Assembly: GCF_963921235.1 (NCBI RefSeq)
Contig: NC_086097.1
Location: 84,384,001 to 84,448,000 of the forward strand
Direction of reading: 5' to 3'
Source of the DNA: Mobula hypostoma
Taxonomy: Eukaryota
DNA length: 64,000 nucleotides
Within the stretch, counting starts at the first letter, position 1. Every line of letters starts with the position of its first letter. The position numbers and the translations under genes are program-made. Positions 63,534 to 64,000 of this stretch are shown here, piece after piece. The notes under the pieces were generated by a model, which saw only the letters and a program-made list of their open reading frames with translations, was not told the DNA's origin and made no database searches.

Positions 63534-63849
63534 TGCTAGAGGGAGATATAGCAACAGATAACGCAACAGGGTTATTATAGAGGGATATTCACTAGATTAG
63601 ACAATCAGTGGTTTAGTTGAGGCAGAATTTGTAGGATACGTTCAGGAGGACTTCTTGAAACAGCATATCGATTCTCCAACCAAGAAAGGGGCCATTCTAG
63701 ACCGTGTATTTGGAAATGAGCCTGGCCAGGTGACTGGAGATTCAGTGGGGAAATGTTTTGGCAACAATGCTCATAACTCTTAAGTTGTAAGATAGTTATG
63801 AATAAATATATAGCAGACATTGTTAAATTGGGAGGACTAATTATAACAT

Positions 63850-64000
63850 TTGGGCTGGCTGGTGGTGCAGTGGCATTAGCACTGGACTTTGATGTGGATG
63901 GTCTTGAGTTTGAATCCAGCCAGGTCCCAACCTGGACAGCAGAAGCATTTGTGCAGAAGAAGGGCCTGGCAATCTACTTCCATACTTTGCCACGAAAACC
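63850..64000 (+). mobile_element. tRNA-derived SINE, truncated by the window edge
   Basis: ggtggtgcagtggc A box and gagtttgaatcc B box, followed by RTE-like ggcaatctacttccatactttgccacgaaaacc. Confidence 0.65.

Overview
Eukaryotic, repeat-rich vertebrate DNA. The repeat landscape (HE1/V-SINE-like and Deu-domain SINEs, abundant CR1, Penelope and Rex1 relics) points to a cartilaginous fish, probably a ray; this is an inference. The window lies inside the + strand gene SMOC1. Two coding exons are visible, 29424-29529 and 60797-61041 (EF-hand/SPARC EC domain), joined in frame across a ~31.3 kb GT-AG intron. Almost everything else is intronic transposon material: a young CR1 LINE with an uninterrupted 980-codon EN+RT frame nested in an older CR1; a HERO-type RLE non-LTR element; Tigger, Tc1 and hAT DNA transposons and MITEs; solo LTRs; SINEs; and many Penelope-like fragments. 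The most notable structures are RNA-level. (i) An HDV-like (delta) ribozyme fold sits at the 5' end of an ORF-less RTE-derived element (17752-17937, - strand). (ii) Many minimal type-I hammerhead motifs sit in Penelope-like termini, often as fold-back inverted pairs. (iii) A 40-bp locally templated insertion lies at the 5' junction of the young CR1. All family assignments come from motif recognition only; no database search or folding computation was run.
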